From the NCBI RefSeq assembly GCF_021869535.1, contig NW_026262671.1, forward strand, positions 6,200,001 to 6,264,000: a stretch of DNA of 64,000 bases. The letters run 5' to 3'. Made by a program: the position numbers and the translations under genes. The stretch comes from Mytilus californianus. Lineage: Eukaryota. Shown piece by piece: positions 11,250 to 23,061 of this stretch (position 1 is its first letter; the number at the start of each line of letters is the position of its first letter). The notes under the pieces are model-generated. The model was not told the origin of the DNA, ran no database searches, and saw only the letters and a list, made by a program, of their open reading frames with translations.

Positions 11250-14200
11250 ATGAGTTCTTTGGACGAAGACGATCATGCAGGTAATTCAAAGATATGAAAA
11301 TTGAATTCAATGACATATAGTGATAATCACAGGTGCGCAAAACTGTTAAAAGCCTGCCTACTGCTCTGTCTAAAACTCGTGCATATACACCATGAGAGTA
11401 CTGTATATTAAGCCTCTATCTCGTATTTTTTTCCCGATCTGAAAATATGCCAAAAATATGTTTTCGAATTGAATTAACATGTACGGGGGTCTGAATGGGG
11501 TTTACAAAATGGAGAATAATTTGCAATACTTAGAATGAATAGGTGCTCATAGACATAAGAAGATGTGGTATGAGTGCAAATGAGACAACTCTCCATCCAA
11601 GTCAAAATTCATAAAAGTAAACCATTTTGGTCAAAGTACGGTCTTCAACGCGGAGCCTTGGCTCACACCGAACAGAAAGCTATAAAGGGTCCCAAAAAAT
11701 TACCAGTGTAAAACCATTCAAACGGGAAAATCAACGGTCTAATCTATATAAAAAACGAGAAACGAGAAACACTTATGAAACACATCAACAAACCGTGGCG
11801 ACAATTACTGAACATCAGATTACTGACTTAGGACAGGTGCAAACAATTGCAGCGGGTTTAAACGTTTCAATGGTACCAAACCTTCACCCTTATCTGAAAC
11901 AATAGTGTAACATCACAACATAGAAAGACACACTATAAAATATCAATTGAAATGGCTTAACTCATTCAAAAGATATATTAACACCAGTGAACATACACTG
12001 AACAAATAAATTTGATCTTTGATACAATGTAAATACAAAATAAATATATATATAGAATAGAGAATAAAGGCAAAAAAAATAAAAAAAATAAATAAAGAAT
12101 ACAATAGAGATTTAAAAAAAATGTAGACTACTAGCTGAGTAAAACTTGAATAATACTAAAGTAAAGACACCTCCAAAATCCAGACCCTAATGCATATGAA
12201 TAATAGATATGCGGTATGCGTAAATGAGAAAGCAATTCAACGACAATAAAAGCAAAAAGACATAATAGGTGAACATACGGTCTTTAATCATAGACACTTG
12301 TCTATGTAATACGTATGCCAAGATTCAAATCGCAAGCAAAATGTATCATTCTGTGAAAATCTCAGTTATACTCTATCTATTGCTATAAATATGTTTTGAT
12401 ATGCATGATATGCATGATAAATAATTTCCTGTGTATACTTTTAGCACGCAGTAGAACGTGTTATATGTGTACTTGCAGCCATCTGTCGAACGTATCAATA
12501 TGTGTAATTATGTCTACCAGTAGACCGTATCATATGTGTATATGTAGCTTTACGTAGAACTTATCTTATGTGTACTTATAGCTACCAGTAGACCGTATCA
12601 TATGTGCACTTGTAGCTACCAGTAGAACATATCATATGTGCTCTTGTAGCTACCAGTAGACCGTATCATATGTGCACTTGTAGCTACCAGTAGAAAATAT
12701 CATATGTGCTTTTGTAGCTACCAGTAGACAGTATAATATGTGTACATGTAGCTTCAAGTAGAACGTATATTAAGTGTACTTATAGCTACCAGTAGAACGT
12801 ATCATATGTGCACTTGTAGCTACCAGTAGAACGTATCATATGTGCACTTGTAGCTACCAGTAGAATATATCATATGTGTACTTGTAGCTACCAATAGAAC
12901 ATATCATTTGTGTACATGTAGCTACCAGTAGAACATATTATATGTGTACTTGTAGATACCAGTAGAACATACCGTTTGTGTACATGTAGCTAACCGTAGA
13001 ACGTATCAATATGTTTATTTATAGCTAACATTAGAACGTATCATATGTGTACTTGTAGCTACCACAAGAACGAAGCATATGTGTACATTTACATGTAGCT
13101 ACGAGTAGCACGTATCAATAAGTTTATTTAAAGCTAACAGTAGAATGTATCATATGTGTACTTATTTTCTTAATTATTACGTTGTGCTGTTACATTACTG
13201 TCCCAGGTCAGTGAGCGCTCGTAAAACCTGTTTAACTTCGCAACATTTTATATGTGCCTATCCCAAGTCAGAAGCCTGTAGTTAAGTGGTTGTAATATTT
13301 TTTTTCAGATATTGTTTTGTACATAAATCATGTAAAAAAAAATTCCGTTTGAATTGCTTTACATTTTGTGATTTCGGGACCTTTTATAGTTTTACTGTAT
13401 TGGTTTTGCTCGTTTTTGAAGACTGGACGGCGACCTATAGATGCTGACATCTACGTTATTTGATCTCTTGTGGATAGTTGTCTCATTGGCAATCATACCA
13501 CATCTTCTTATTTTTATGTTGTAGCTCTCAGTAGAACGTATCATATATGTACGTGTAGCTACCGGTAGAACGTATCATATTTGTACGTTTAGCTACCGGT
13601 AGAACGTATCATATCTGTACGTGTAGCTACCAGTAGAACGTATCATATCTGTACGTGTAGCTACCAGTAGAACGTATCATATCTGTACGTGTAGCATCCA
13701 GTAGAACGTATCATATCTGTACGTGTAGCTACCAGTAGAACGTATCATATCTATACGTGTAGCTACCAGAAGAACGTATCATATCTATACGTGTAGCTAC
13801 CAGTAGAACGTATCATATCTATACGTGTAGCTACCAGTAGAACGTATCATATCTATACGTGTAGCTACCAGTAGACTTATCAATATATAAACATGAAGTT
13901 ACGATTAAAATGCATTATTTATGCTCTGGATGGAGTTAACAATAGAGAGAATAATGGGCCAATACTACAGAAAAATGGAAACCCCCCCCCCCCCAAAAAA
14001 AAAAAAGAATAAAGAAAATAGGCTAAAAAATAAAGAATAAAGAATAATGGAGTGCTCAAATATAAAGAATAGAGAATGATGGGCAAAATTTATAGAATAC
14101 AAAAATGAAGACCCCCACCCAGACCCTTATTATTCCATGTACTAGTATCAATATGTATCACTGTATATATTTCCAGCTATCAGTAAAACATATCATTCCA

Positions 14201-17200
14201 TCGATGAAAATGGCGATGGTCGTGTTTCTATGGCGGAAGTGAAGAGAGCATCAAAAAGACTTGGCATCGATCTATCTACAGACAAACTAAAGCAGATGAT
14301 GAGAGATGTTGATAAAAATGGTAGTACAACTTAAAAAAACAAAAACATAATATAAGTTTTAACCACGCCCTTTTACCGGCTATCTGTATGGCAGATGAAA
14401 TCGGCAACACAGTTTAGAATCTGGTTTTAAGAGCGCAATTATTCGTAATGCATTTTCCATAGGGTACCAGTGGTGTTCCATATTTTATTTCTAGAAGACT
14501 ACACAAACTAGGAAAAAATGGGTAGCAGTTCCTGTTACTAGAAATGTCAGTGTTGCATAACAACCAAAAAAATATATATGGTCATGCGGCAAAAATTTAC
14601 TTAAAATGCAGTTGAAAAACATTCTATTTTTTCCGCAGAATGAAAAATGCAGATTTTTAATGGCTCCAACGTGCAGATATTGAATATATTTTCTATACTT
14701 TGTAAAATGTGAATTTGATTTTCTGGTTTTTTTTTAAACCTAATTGGATAAGCTTTCGATAAAAAGTAATTCCAATCCTGTATCATCCAATCAGAAGCCG
14801 TACAAGATTATATTCTGAGTACCATCTTGGGGCAAATGATTGCGCTCTTTCTGCTGTACACGATAGCAAAATCCATTGTATTTCAATTGAAATCAAAACA
14901 CAGTAAAAAAAAACTGCTGTGCACGAAAGCCAAATCAATTGCCTTAAATATTTATCGGAAACTTCGTTCTGATTACAGATTTACACACTAAATGATGTGT
15001 GTAACCGCTTCGGTGGTCTCGTCGTATCGAGTTCGCCTCGAGTAATGGAGGTGATTCGAACCCGGACTTTAGAATTGGTGTTTGATGATTCTTCGCTAAG
15101 CACGCGGCATTAAGAGTAAGAACAAAGACTGGTTGCCTCGAAGTCAGAATAATGTGTCCAGGTAGTATGACATTCATTCCTGTGGACTATTACCTTGTAG
15201 CGTGTTAAAAATCCGACTCGTGTCGGCTTAGTACAAAGCAGGGTTAATATTCATATAACATTAACAGAGTTGATCTCGTATAATATGGATAATCTGCAAT
15301 ATTTTGTTTCAAAATTAACTAAAGGCATTCTGCATGTATTTTATAATCATTGATGATTCAACAAGTAAAACTGTTAGCTACTGCTCACTGACAGATGATA
15401 CCCCCGCCGTAATATTTCGGTAAACAGGAAGTTAATGAGTGATGAATCTGAAAACGCATCACACGGTAAAGCTGACTTATATAAACCCTGAAACCAAATT
15501 TCAGAAATCCTTGTCAAGTAGTTCTTGAGAAAAATGCGACGAAAATTTTCAACTTGGCTATCATGTGTAAAATAATACAAGTGTTCGGTAAACAGGAAGT
15601 TGTTGAGTGATGAATCTGAAAACGCATCACACGGTGTAACTTACTTATATAAACCCTGAAACCAAATTTCCGAAATCCTTGTCAAGTAGTTCCTGAGAAA
15701 AATGCGACGAAAATATTCATGGGACGGACGGACTGACGGACTGACGGAAGGACAGACAGAGGTAAAACAGTATACCCACCTTTTTTAAAGCGGGGGTATA
15801 AATACACTTTTAAGGCAATGATGATTCTGCATTCGCCAAATAACCTATCTCAAGAATCATTGACAAGCAAACTTTTAAATAAAATAATTTATGAAGGTCG
15901 CATTACTTTTCCAATATCTGTCAAGTATTTCTGTAGGAAAATCTTACTTTTTTTCAATAATTAATAAGTGTTTTGCTAAAATTCATACATTGATGAATTC
16001 CGAAATATGTACACTGCAAAGGCTTAATCTAAACTAAGCTGTAAAAATTTATCAAATTTGAAAAAATTCCCTCGTACATGTATCTATTCCAGGAGATGGG
16101 TATCTGGACTTAGGTGAGTTTGAAAAGTTGATCACAGAATATATTAAACATGACCCTAATGATATAAAGACAGCACGAAAAATATTTCAAGCCATGGATG
16201 TTGATAAAGATGGAAAAGTAACGACTTCAGAAATTATGAAAGCTATGAAAATCTCCAAGTCAGACGCTAACGATCTCTTAGTGGAGGCAGATTCAAATAA
16301 AGACGGGAAAATGTCTTTTGACGGTATGTTTTGTTTGAGGGTCTGGATGGGGTTTGCAGAAGAGAGAATAATGGGCAAAAAGAGCAGAATAAAGGGCAAC
16401 AAATATGAAGAATAGAGAAAAACAGGCCAAAAAAAAAAGAATAGATAATAAGAGGGTGATAAAATATAAAGAATAGAGTAGAATGGGCAAATTTATAAAG
16501 AATAGAGAAAATTGGCTTAAAATCAAGGAATACAGAGTTGTAGGACCCCCGTCTAGACCCTTTTGTTTGGTAACTTGACAATCTAATTGAAATACAGATT
16601 CTGTGTCTACGCTTCGCTTACAAAGATTTAACAACGCTCCATTTTAATTATTGATTTTAAAGACCTTTCGGGATCCTCTAGTTTTGTCGCAATGATACAC
16701 ACCTTCAAAAAGTTAAAAGCTGAAATTCCATTGGGTGATGTAATAATTTAGTAAGTATTTTTAGCGAAGCGGACAAAGGAGCTGTATTTCAGGTGGGAAC
16801 ATTTCCATATAATCTGGCTTTTTCTGGAAAAATTTCTTCAAGCGATTCTCATATGAACATTTGGTGATTGCATGCGCGAGTATATTCGTGGACATATGGG
16901 GGTTTGAAACAGATTTGATGGTGCACTAAACATCCCAGTATATGAGTTCTAACATGGCTATGTTTGAATCAAACGGTTTATATAAAAAATCTACTTATGC
17001 TTACCATTATTACATTTGAAAGGGTTGATAATTTTTCCAAAATCTACAATGTTTACATAACATGTTTTATCAGACATTTGTATCTCAAAGCAAACAAACA
17101 TATGTGTAAAACATATAAAAGCCTGCAATTGTTCGATTCAAACTGTATGGTATCATGTGCTTCGAAAGGTTTAATTGATTGATTGGTGTTTAACGCCACT

Positions 17201-17816
17201 TTCAGTACTATTGTGCTATTTCGTGGCGGTATTTTGTTATTGGCGGAGGAAGCCGGAGTGCTTGGAGAGAACCACCGACCTTCGTTAGGAAAACTGACAA
17301 TCCTATTCAATTAAGATTGGAGTCAAGCGCACCTGCCACGTTGGGTATTCGAACTCACAACTTCGGTGTTGACAGGTTAGTGATACAGTAGTTCGACTAC
17401 TTAGATCACTAGACCACCGAGGCCCCTCGGGAGGTTTAAAGGCTGACGTTCGAATTTGTCTAATGTGACCGCAAACATCCTTTGAATACTAATACGATTA
17501 CTGTGTGTATACATTAATTATTGTTTGTTTTCTGTAAATCTTGAAAAAGGACACCATGAATTAAGTTTGTGGATCGACTTCGCGGTTGGTGTAACTCGAC
17601 ACACATAGCATCACAAAACACTGAGTTTGAGAATTTTTGTATACAAAAACAGAACATTTGAACAAGTACAGCGATTTACAACAAAACAGTTTTACATCAC
17701 TTAAATTCGATAGCATATGTGTGCAAGTGCGTTAAATTCGTATTAAAAAATTGTTACGTTAATTATTTGTATTCATTTCAGAATTTGTCAAAGTTATGAA
17801 AGGACAGACCGGATAA
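11250..17816 (+). CDS. Calmodulin-like 4-EF-hand Ca2+-binding protein, paralog 1 (146 aa, 4 coding exons)
   Basis: Exons 11250-11280, 14177-14320, 16093-16323, 17782-17816; all GT-AG, all phase 1; 441 nt. Translation MSSLDEDDHAAISKTYHSIDENGDGRVSMAEVKRASKRLGIDLSTDKLKQMMRDVDKNGDGYLDLGEFEKLITEYIKHDPNDIKTARKIFQAMDVDKDGKVTTSEIMKAMKISKSDANDLLVEADSNKDGKMSFDEFVKVMKGQTG*. Four canonical 12-residue loops (DENGDGRVSMAE, DKNGDGYLDLGE, DVDKDGKVTTSE, DSNKDGKMSFDE). AATAAA at 18011. Acceptor at 11228-29 implies an upstream 5'UTR exon. Confidence 0.93.
11551..12045. repeat. High-copy interspersed repeat family (GATGTGGTATGATTGCCAATGAGACAACT core); close copy at ~54655-55135
   Basis: Core or its reverse complement recurs at ~13480, 21070, 22980, 23815, 25380, 33290, 43330, 43508, 54658. 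The 11551 and 54655 copies align closely over ~490 bp. Confidence 0.75.
12440..13880. repeat. 34-bp minisatellite (GTAGAACGTATCATATGTGTACTTGTAGCTACCA), split by an interspersed repeat at ~13170-13515
   Basis: Periodicity read directly; lies in the first coding intron of paralog 1. Confidence 0.9.
15004..15260 (+). mobile_element. tRNA-derived SINE with Meta-type core
   Basis: A-box-like TGGTCTCGTCG, B-box GATTCGAACCC, core GCTAAGCACGCGGCATTAAGAGTAAGAACAAAGACTGGTTG. A CpG-eroded minus-strand relative lies at ~35480-35810. Confidence 0.62.
15360..15802 (+). mobile_element. Helentron-associated (HINE/DINE-like) element
   Basis: subTIR ATACCCCCGC (15398) / GCGGGGGTAT (15790); two ~168-bp core repeats; GACG/GACT microsatellite; 3' hairpin. 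Lies in paralog 1 coding intron 2. Confidence 0.7.
17175..17430 (-). mobile_element. tRNA-derived SINE with Nin/Deu-type domain
   Basis: On the minus strand: A-box TGGTCTAGTGA, B-box GTTCGAAT, GGTGGTTCTCTCCAAGCACTCCGGCTTCCTCCGCCAATAAC domain, (CAAT)n tail. Confidence 0.65.
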
Positions 17817-18479
17817 AAGGTCCTGTTGGATTATGCAGCCTGTTTGTCTAACAGTCGGAAGAATAATGCTTGTCTGCAAATAAGCACAAGAAGATGGACT
17901 TTGTAAACTATTTAAAAAAAAAAACATATTCTGTATGAGCTGGTTCAAAAGAGTCTTGAATGTTACGTGTAGATATATGTATTTTATAGCATGACCATGA
18001 TGGCATTTGTAATAAAAGTAAATTAAGAAAATGAAAAAGAAATACAATGATTTAGAAATAAAGTATATATGATATTTACTGAATCAAGAGCATGTAACAG
18101 ATTATATTCAAAGTGAAGCATAATTTAATGCCCATTTGATGCTCTAGGTGCGCTTTTCAAGAAATCATGGATACTCAAGACTCATATTTAAGAAATTAAA
18201 ATATAAAACAAGGAAACAATGAACAGCGAGAATATATAAAATAAACATAACGGCCATGAGTACATTTACTATCAAAGCTATGATCCTTATAGTTTCCCCA
18301 ATAATTTCACGATACTGTCATTGCGGATTACAAATGCACAACAAAGAAAAAAAAGGGGAAACAAATAAACACATCCGCCCAAATACACCTACAATTTGTT
18401 AAATATTTTTCTGCCTTAAAGAAAAACTTTATAAGGCCATCAGAGCCTACCGCGCATAACATCCTTTTTTGTCATGGTT

Positions 18480-19620
18480 TACGGTCTGAGACTGGCGTAT
18501 AACATCCTATTTAGTCATGTTTTACATTTTGAGACTGGCGTATACCATCCTATATAGTCATTCTTTTGCATTCTAAGGCTGGCGTATACCATCCTATATA
18601 GTCATGTTTTACATTCTAAGGCTGGCGTATAACATCCTATATAGTCATGTTTTACATTCTAAGGCTGGCGTATAACATCCTATTTAGTCATGTTTTACAT
18701 TCTGAGACTGGCGTATACCATCCTATATAGTCATTCTTTTACATTCTAAGGCTGGCGTATACCATCCGATATAGTCATGTTTTACATTCTAAGGCTGGCG
18801 TATAACATCCTATATAGTCATGTTTTACATTCTAAGGCTGGCGTATACCATCCTATATAGTCATGTTTTACATTCTAAGGCTGGCGTATAACATCCTATT
18901 TAGTCATGTTTTACATTCTAAGGCTGGCGTATACCATCCTATATAGTCATTATTTTACATTCTAAGGCTGGCGTATAACATCCTATATAGTCATTCTTTT
19001 ACATTCTAAGGCTGGCGTATAACATCCTATATAGTCATGTTTTACATTCTAAGGCTGGCGTATAACATCCTATATAGTCATGTTTTACATTCTAAGGCTG
19101 GCGTATAACATCCTATTTAGTCATGTTTTACATTCTGAGGCTGGCGTATAACATCCTATTTAGTCATGTTTTACATTCTAAGGCTGGCGTATAACATCCT
19201 ATATAGTCATTCTTTTACATTCTAAGGCTGGCGTTTACCATCCTATATAGTCATGTTTTACATTCTAAGGCTGGCGTATACCATCCTATTTAGTCATGTT
19301 TTACATTCTGAGACTGGCGTATAACATCCTATTTAGTCATGTTTTACATTCTGAGACTGGCGTATAACATCCTATTTAGTCATGTTTTACATTCTAAGGC
19401 TGGCGTATACCATCCTATTTAGTCATGTTTTACATTCTGAGACTGGCGTATACCATCCTATATAGTCATGTTTTACATTCTAAGGCTGGCGTATACCATC
19501 GTATTTAGTCATGTTTTACATTCTGAGGCTGGCGTATACCATCCATGTTTATTCATGTTTTACAATTTGAGACTGGCGTATGCCAATGTTTTATATTCTG
19601 AGACTAGCGTATAACACCAT
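18480..19620. repeat. 43-bp minisatellite (TTTACATTCTAAGGCTGGCGTATAACATCCTATATAGTCATGT), ~26 copies
   Basis: Periodicity read directly; highly homogeneous centre and degenerate edges. Confidence 0.93.
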
Positions 19621-22600
19621 CTTCTAACATTACAAGTGGATAATCAGCATTGGATGAAGAATAAATCTAAATTGCCTTGTATGAAAAAATGTCTGTGCTC
19701 CAAAATATGTAAAAGAAAAATTACGCTGCAGCAAGATACGATCGTACCATATCGATTCGATCTTGTTTACTTCAATACATCGTATGTAAGATGTGATTAG
19801 ACAGTTAGTTGTACGTTGTGATTGACACCTAGAAAAGATAGATTGTCGGGTCTTAAAATGTCCAATAACTTTAAAGCTGAAGTTGTACATTTGTTACCGG
19901 ATAGCTCGTCTTACACTGGGCCGATACCACTGTTGATAGTCCTCGAGGGTATCACCAGCTCAGTAGTCAGTGCTCTGGTACTGACATGATTTGTAAAATA
20001 GGGTTTTCTAAAAGGTTCTGGTTGGCAATTTAAGAAATTTCTAGTTTTAAAAAACTAAGGTTCCAAACACTAAGGAAAGGTTGACCGTCGATCAAATTGG
20101 CTATTCGATTCGGTCCCTTTTATTCACAAAGCTCTTACCGTTTATACGTATTTATACATCCCTGGCTTTCAAGTGTGTAGGTTTGCGCTTTCCTGGTGAA
20201 GGTAAATATGGAAAAGCATTGAAGACTCACCTCTTCTATAGTTTGTTATTTCAATTTCACCAGGAGCATACAAAAACTTCCATATTCATTGTATGAATTT
20301 GAAAAAAAAAAGATTCCGTGTCACCGTTTTGTTTGAATGATGTTTTAACGTCGATTTTTATACATGTGTAATTCGACCGTCTCTAGAAAAATACAAATTT
20401 AAAAAAATCTACATGGAAATCTCGTACAAATAAATAAAAGAAATACAAATTACAAATTTTTGAGATGGACCTTTCAAACTGCTTAATCGGAACATCGTAT
20501 TTAACTGCCTTATTAAAACTGACTGTATTTGCATTTTCATGTCTAATTTTAAACCAATGCAATACAATGCAAGATTCCTGTTGCTCTGTTTGAACATTTT
20601 TTAAAAAGATTTTGTAGAGCAGGATCTGTTTATAATTCTGAAGCACTTTAGATAACGTACCGGCTTTTGGTGGGTTTGGGTTGCTCAGTCTTTAGTTTTC
20701 TATGTTGTGTTTTCCTCTTATAATTGATGTGTTTCCCTCGGTTTTAGTTTGTAATCCGGATTTGTTTTCGCTTAATCGATTTATGACTTTTGAACAGCGG
20801 TATACTACTGTTGCCTTTATTTGTAGACTGTTGCATGTATTTTCATCGTTTTTCGTTTTTTTCAAAAAGTTTATTTTGGACTTTTTGGAGTTTGAATATC
20901 TCTTTGGTATCTTCTGCCTCTCTTTTGTTAGTTGTTTTCGTGTTCTTTGTCCACTCTATCTATGCTTCTTGAAATTGTATATTTGGTTTGATCCATGTAT
21001 TTTTTTTTATTGCCTCAACGTTGCTAAAAGGATAGACAAATTCATAATTATTAAAATAAGGAGAATGAATGTGGTATGATTGCCAATGAGACAACTTCCC
21101 ATCACAGTTCAAATGAAATAGATGTAAGCAATTATAGGCAACCATGCGTCAACCGTACGGCCTTTAACAATGAGAAAAACCCATACCGTGTGGTCGAGTA
21201 TAAAGAGCACAGACCTGAAAAAATATGAAACGATGCAATTGAGCAAACTAACTTTCTGGTTTATGACAAGACAAATACCGGCATGACAGACGTGAACCAA
21301 CGACAACCTCTGAATTACAGGCTCCTGACTTTGGAAAGGCATATATATAATGTGGCGTGATAAAACATATTTGGGACAGTGATGTAAGCCCACATTCCGT
21401 AGTTTGTATCATATAATATACACACTTAGCACAGTTAATAGTTTGAATCACTTGTAAGAATTAACAGTTTGGAATGAGGGACAGAGTCTGTGATTTAAAT
21501 ATTCGTAAGTCGTTATTATGCTATTGTTCTGACAGTCAGTATATGAACGTTTAAAGAACCAATTATACTTTATGAAAATATTTTTATGAATTTAAATAAC
21601 TTTAATAATGGCAATTATAAATGTATGTATATTTTGTTTAAGAACATTTGTATTTAAGACACTGGGGTCAATTTGTCAATCTTGAACAAGATCTTTGTTA
21701 TCTCAGTACAATGTATGTATATGTTGTTTAAGAACATTTGTATTTAAGACACTGGGGTCAATTTGTCAATCTTGAACAAGATCTTTGTTATCTTAGTACA
21801 ATATATGTATATGTTGTGTTTTGTTACAACCTAATTGGTTTCATAATTCGTTACGTCACTCCTAATACTTATCAAGTCGTTAATTTACACCAAGTTCATA
21901 GTGATTACAAACACAGTTAAGTTTATCAAATAAGGAATAATAAATAATAAGACTGTTTTAATTACAACTGTGACACACGATAGTGTCTGAAGGTAAGTTC
22001 TACAGGATTGCATGGGAATTTAAATTCATTCGTGCTATCATATTTCGGATTAGAGTGTTATGTAAAGATCAGAAGAGTTCAAAATGACAATACGAGATCG
22101 GCAACCGGAACAAACAAAAACATGCACACATTCAACTTCCGAAGCAATGTTAGCTCTCCGAACTTTCCCGAAGTCAGGCCTGCGTTTTTCTTCGGAAAAT
22201 GCCTGTACCAATTTAGGAATAAGTTGCTCCCCAGTCGGTTGATATTGTCGAGAGTTTGGTTTTGTCAGTTTTGTTGATTTCCCCTTTCTGGATCTGCCTT
22301 CGGATTTGGTATTTTTGTTATTACATTTTAAAATTGCAAACGACACGTTAAACTAGAGTTTGAGCAATGATTCATAATATTTCTTATAATCTTGTATCAT
22401 TGTTTGTCTTCTCATATTTTCCTGCTAAAATTGTGTTGTCATGTTCGTTGGAAGTTGCACTGTGCAGTATGTTTTTATTGTGTTGACGTGGTTCAATGAG
22501 ACAACTCTTAAACAGAAATGTACGTAACTATAGGTAAGTGAACACCCCAATTACATTGTGGCGAGCTGAGTCATGTTATCTAGACCTTGTATTGTTCTTT

Positions 22601-23019
22601 GTTCTTTGTCTTTGTTGTACGTCTATTTTTGTCGAAGGAGTCCGAGTCGTCTGCTTGTTGTTGGTAGGTACAGTACGTTTACTTTTTTTTGTAAACTTTC
22701 TGTTATCCTTTTTTATTTTGTATTATTCAACGAAGTGGAATGAGACGTTCCGTAAAAGTTTTGTCCTCAAGAACGGAACAATTTCCCCAAATAAAACGAG
22801 GGTCTGAATGAGATATACAGAATAGAAAATAAATTAATGGCCCAAAAATAAACAATTATAGACAAAATGATTAGAAGATCTTAGAAAAAAGTAGATAATA
22901 GAGAATAACGTGATACTAGAATATACAGAATAGAGTATACCTATAGTTGTTAATTTCTGTGTCATTTTGGTCTCTTGTGGAGAGTTGTCTCATTGGCAAT
23001 CCTACTACATCTTTTTATG

Positions 23020-23061
<42 letters not shown>

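Noticed and set aside
16128-16415. 95-aa ORF as a stand-alone EF-hand protein
   Set aside because: It is exon 16093-16323 of paralog 1 reading through the donor into a MITE.
18480-19620. CRISPR-like appearance of the regular 43-bp and 34-bp arrays
   Set aside because: Units are head-to-tail with no unique spacers, there are no cas genes, and the context is eukaryotic.
22050-22346. 98-aa minus-strand ORF in a GC-richer patch
   Set aside because: No recognisable domain, no good splice or start context; left unassigned.
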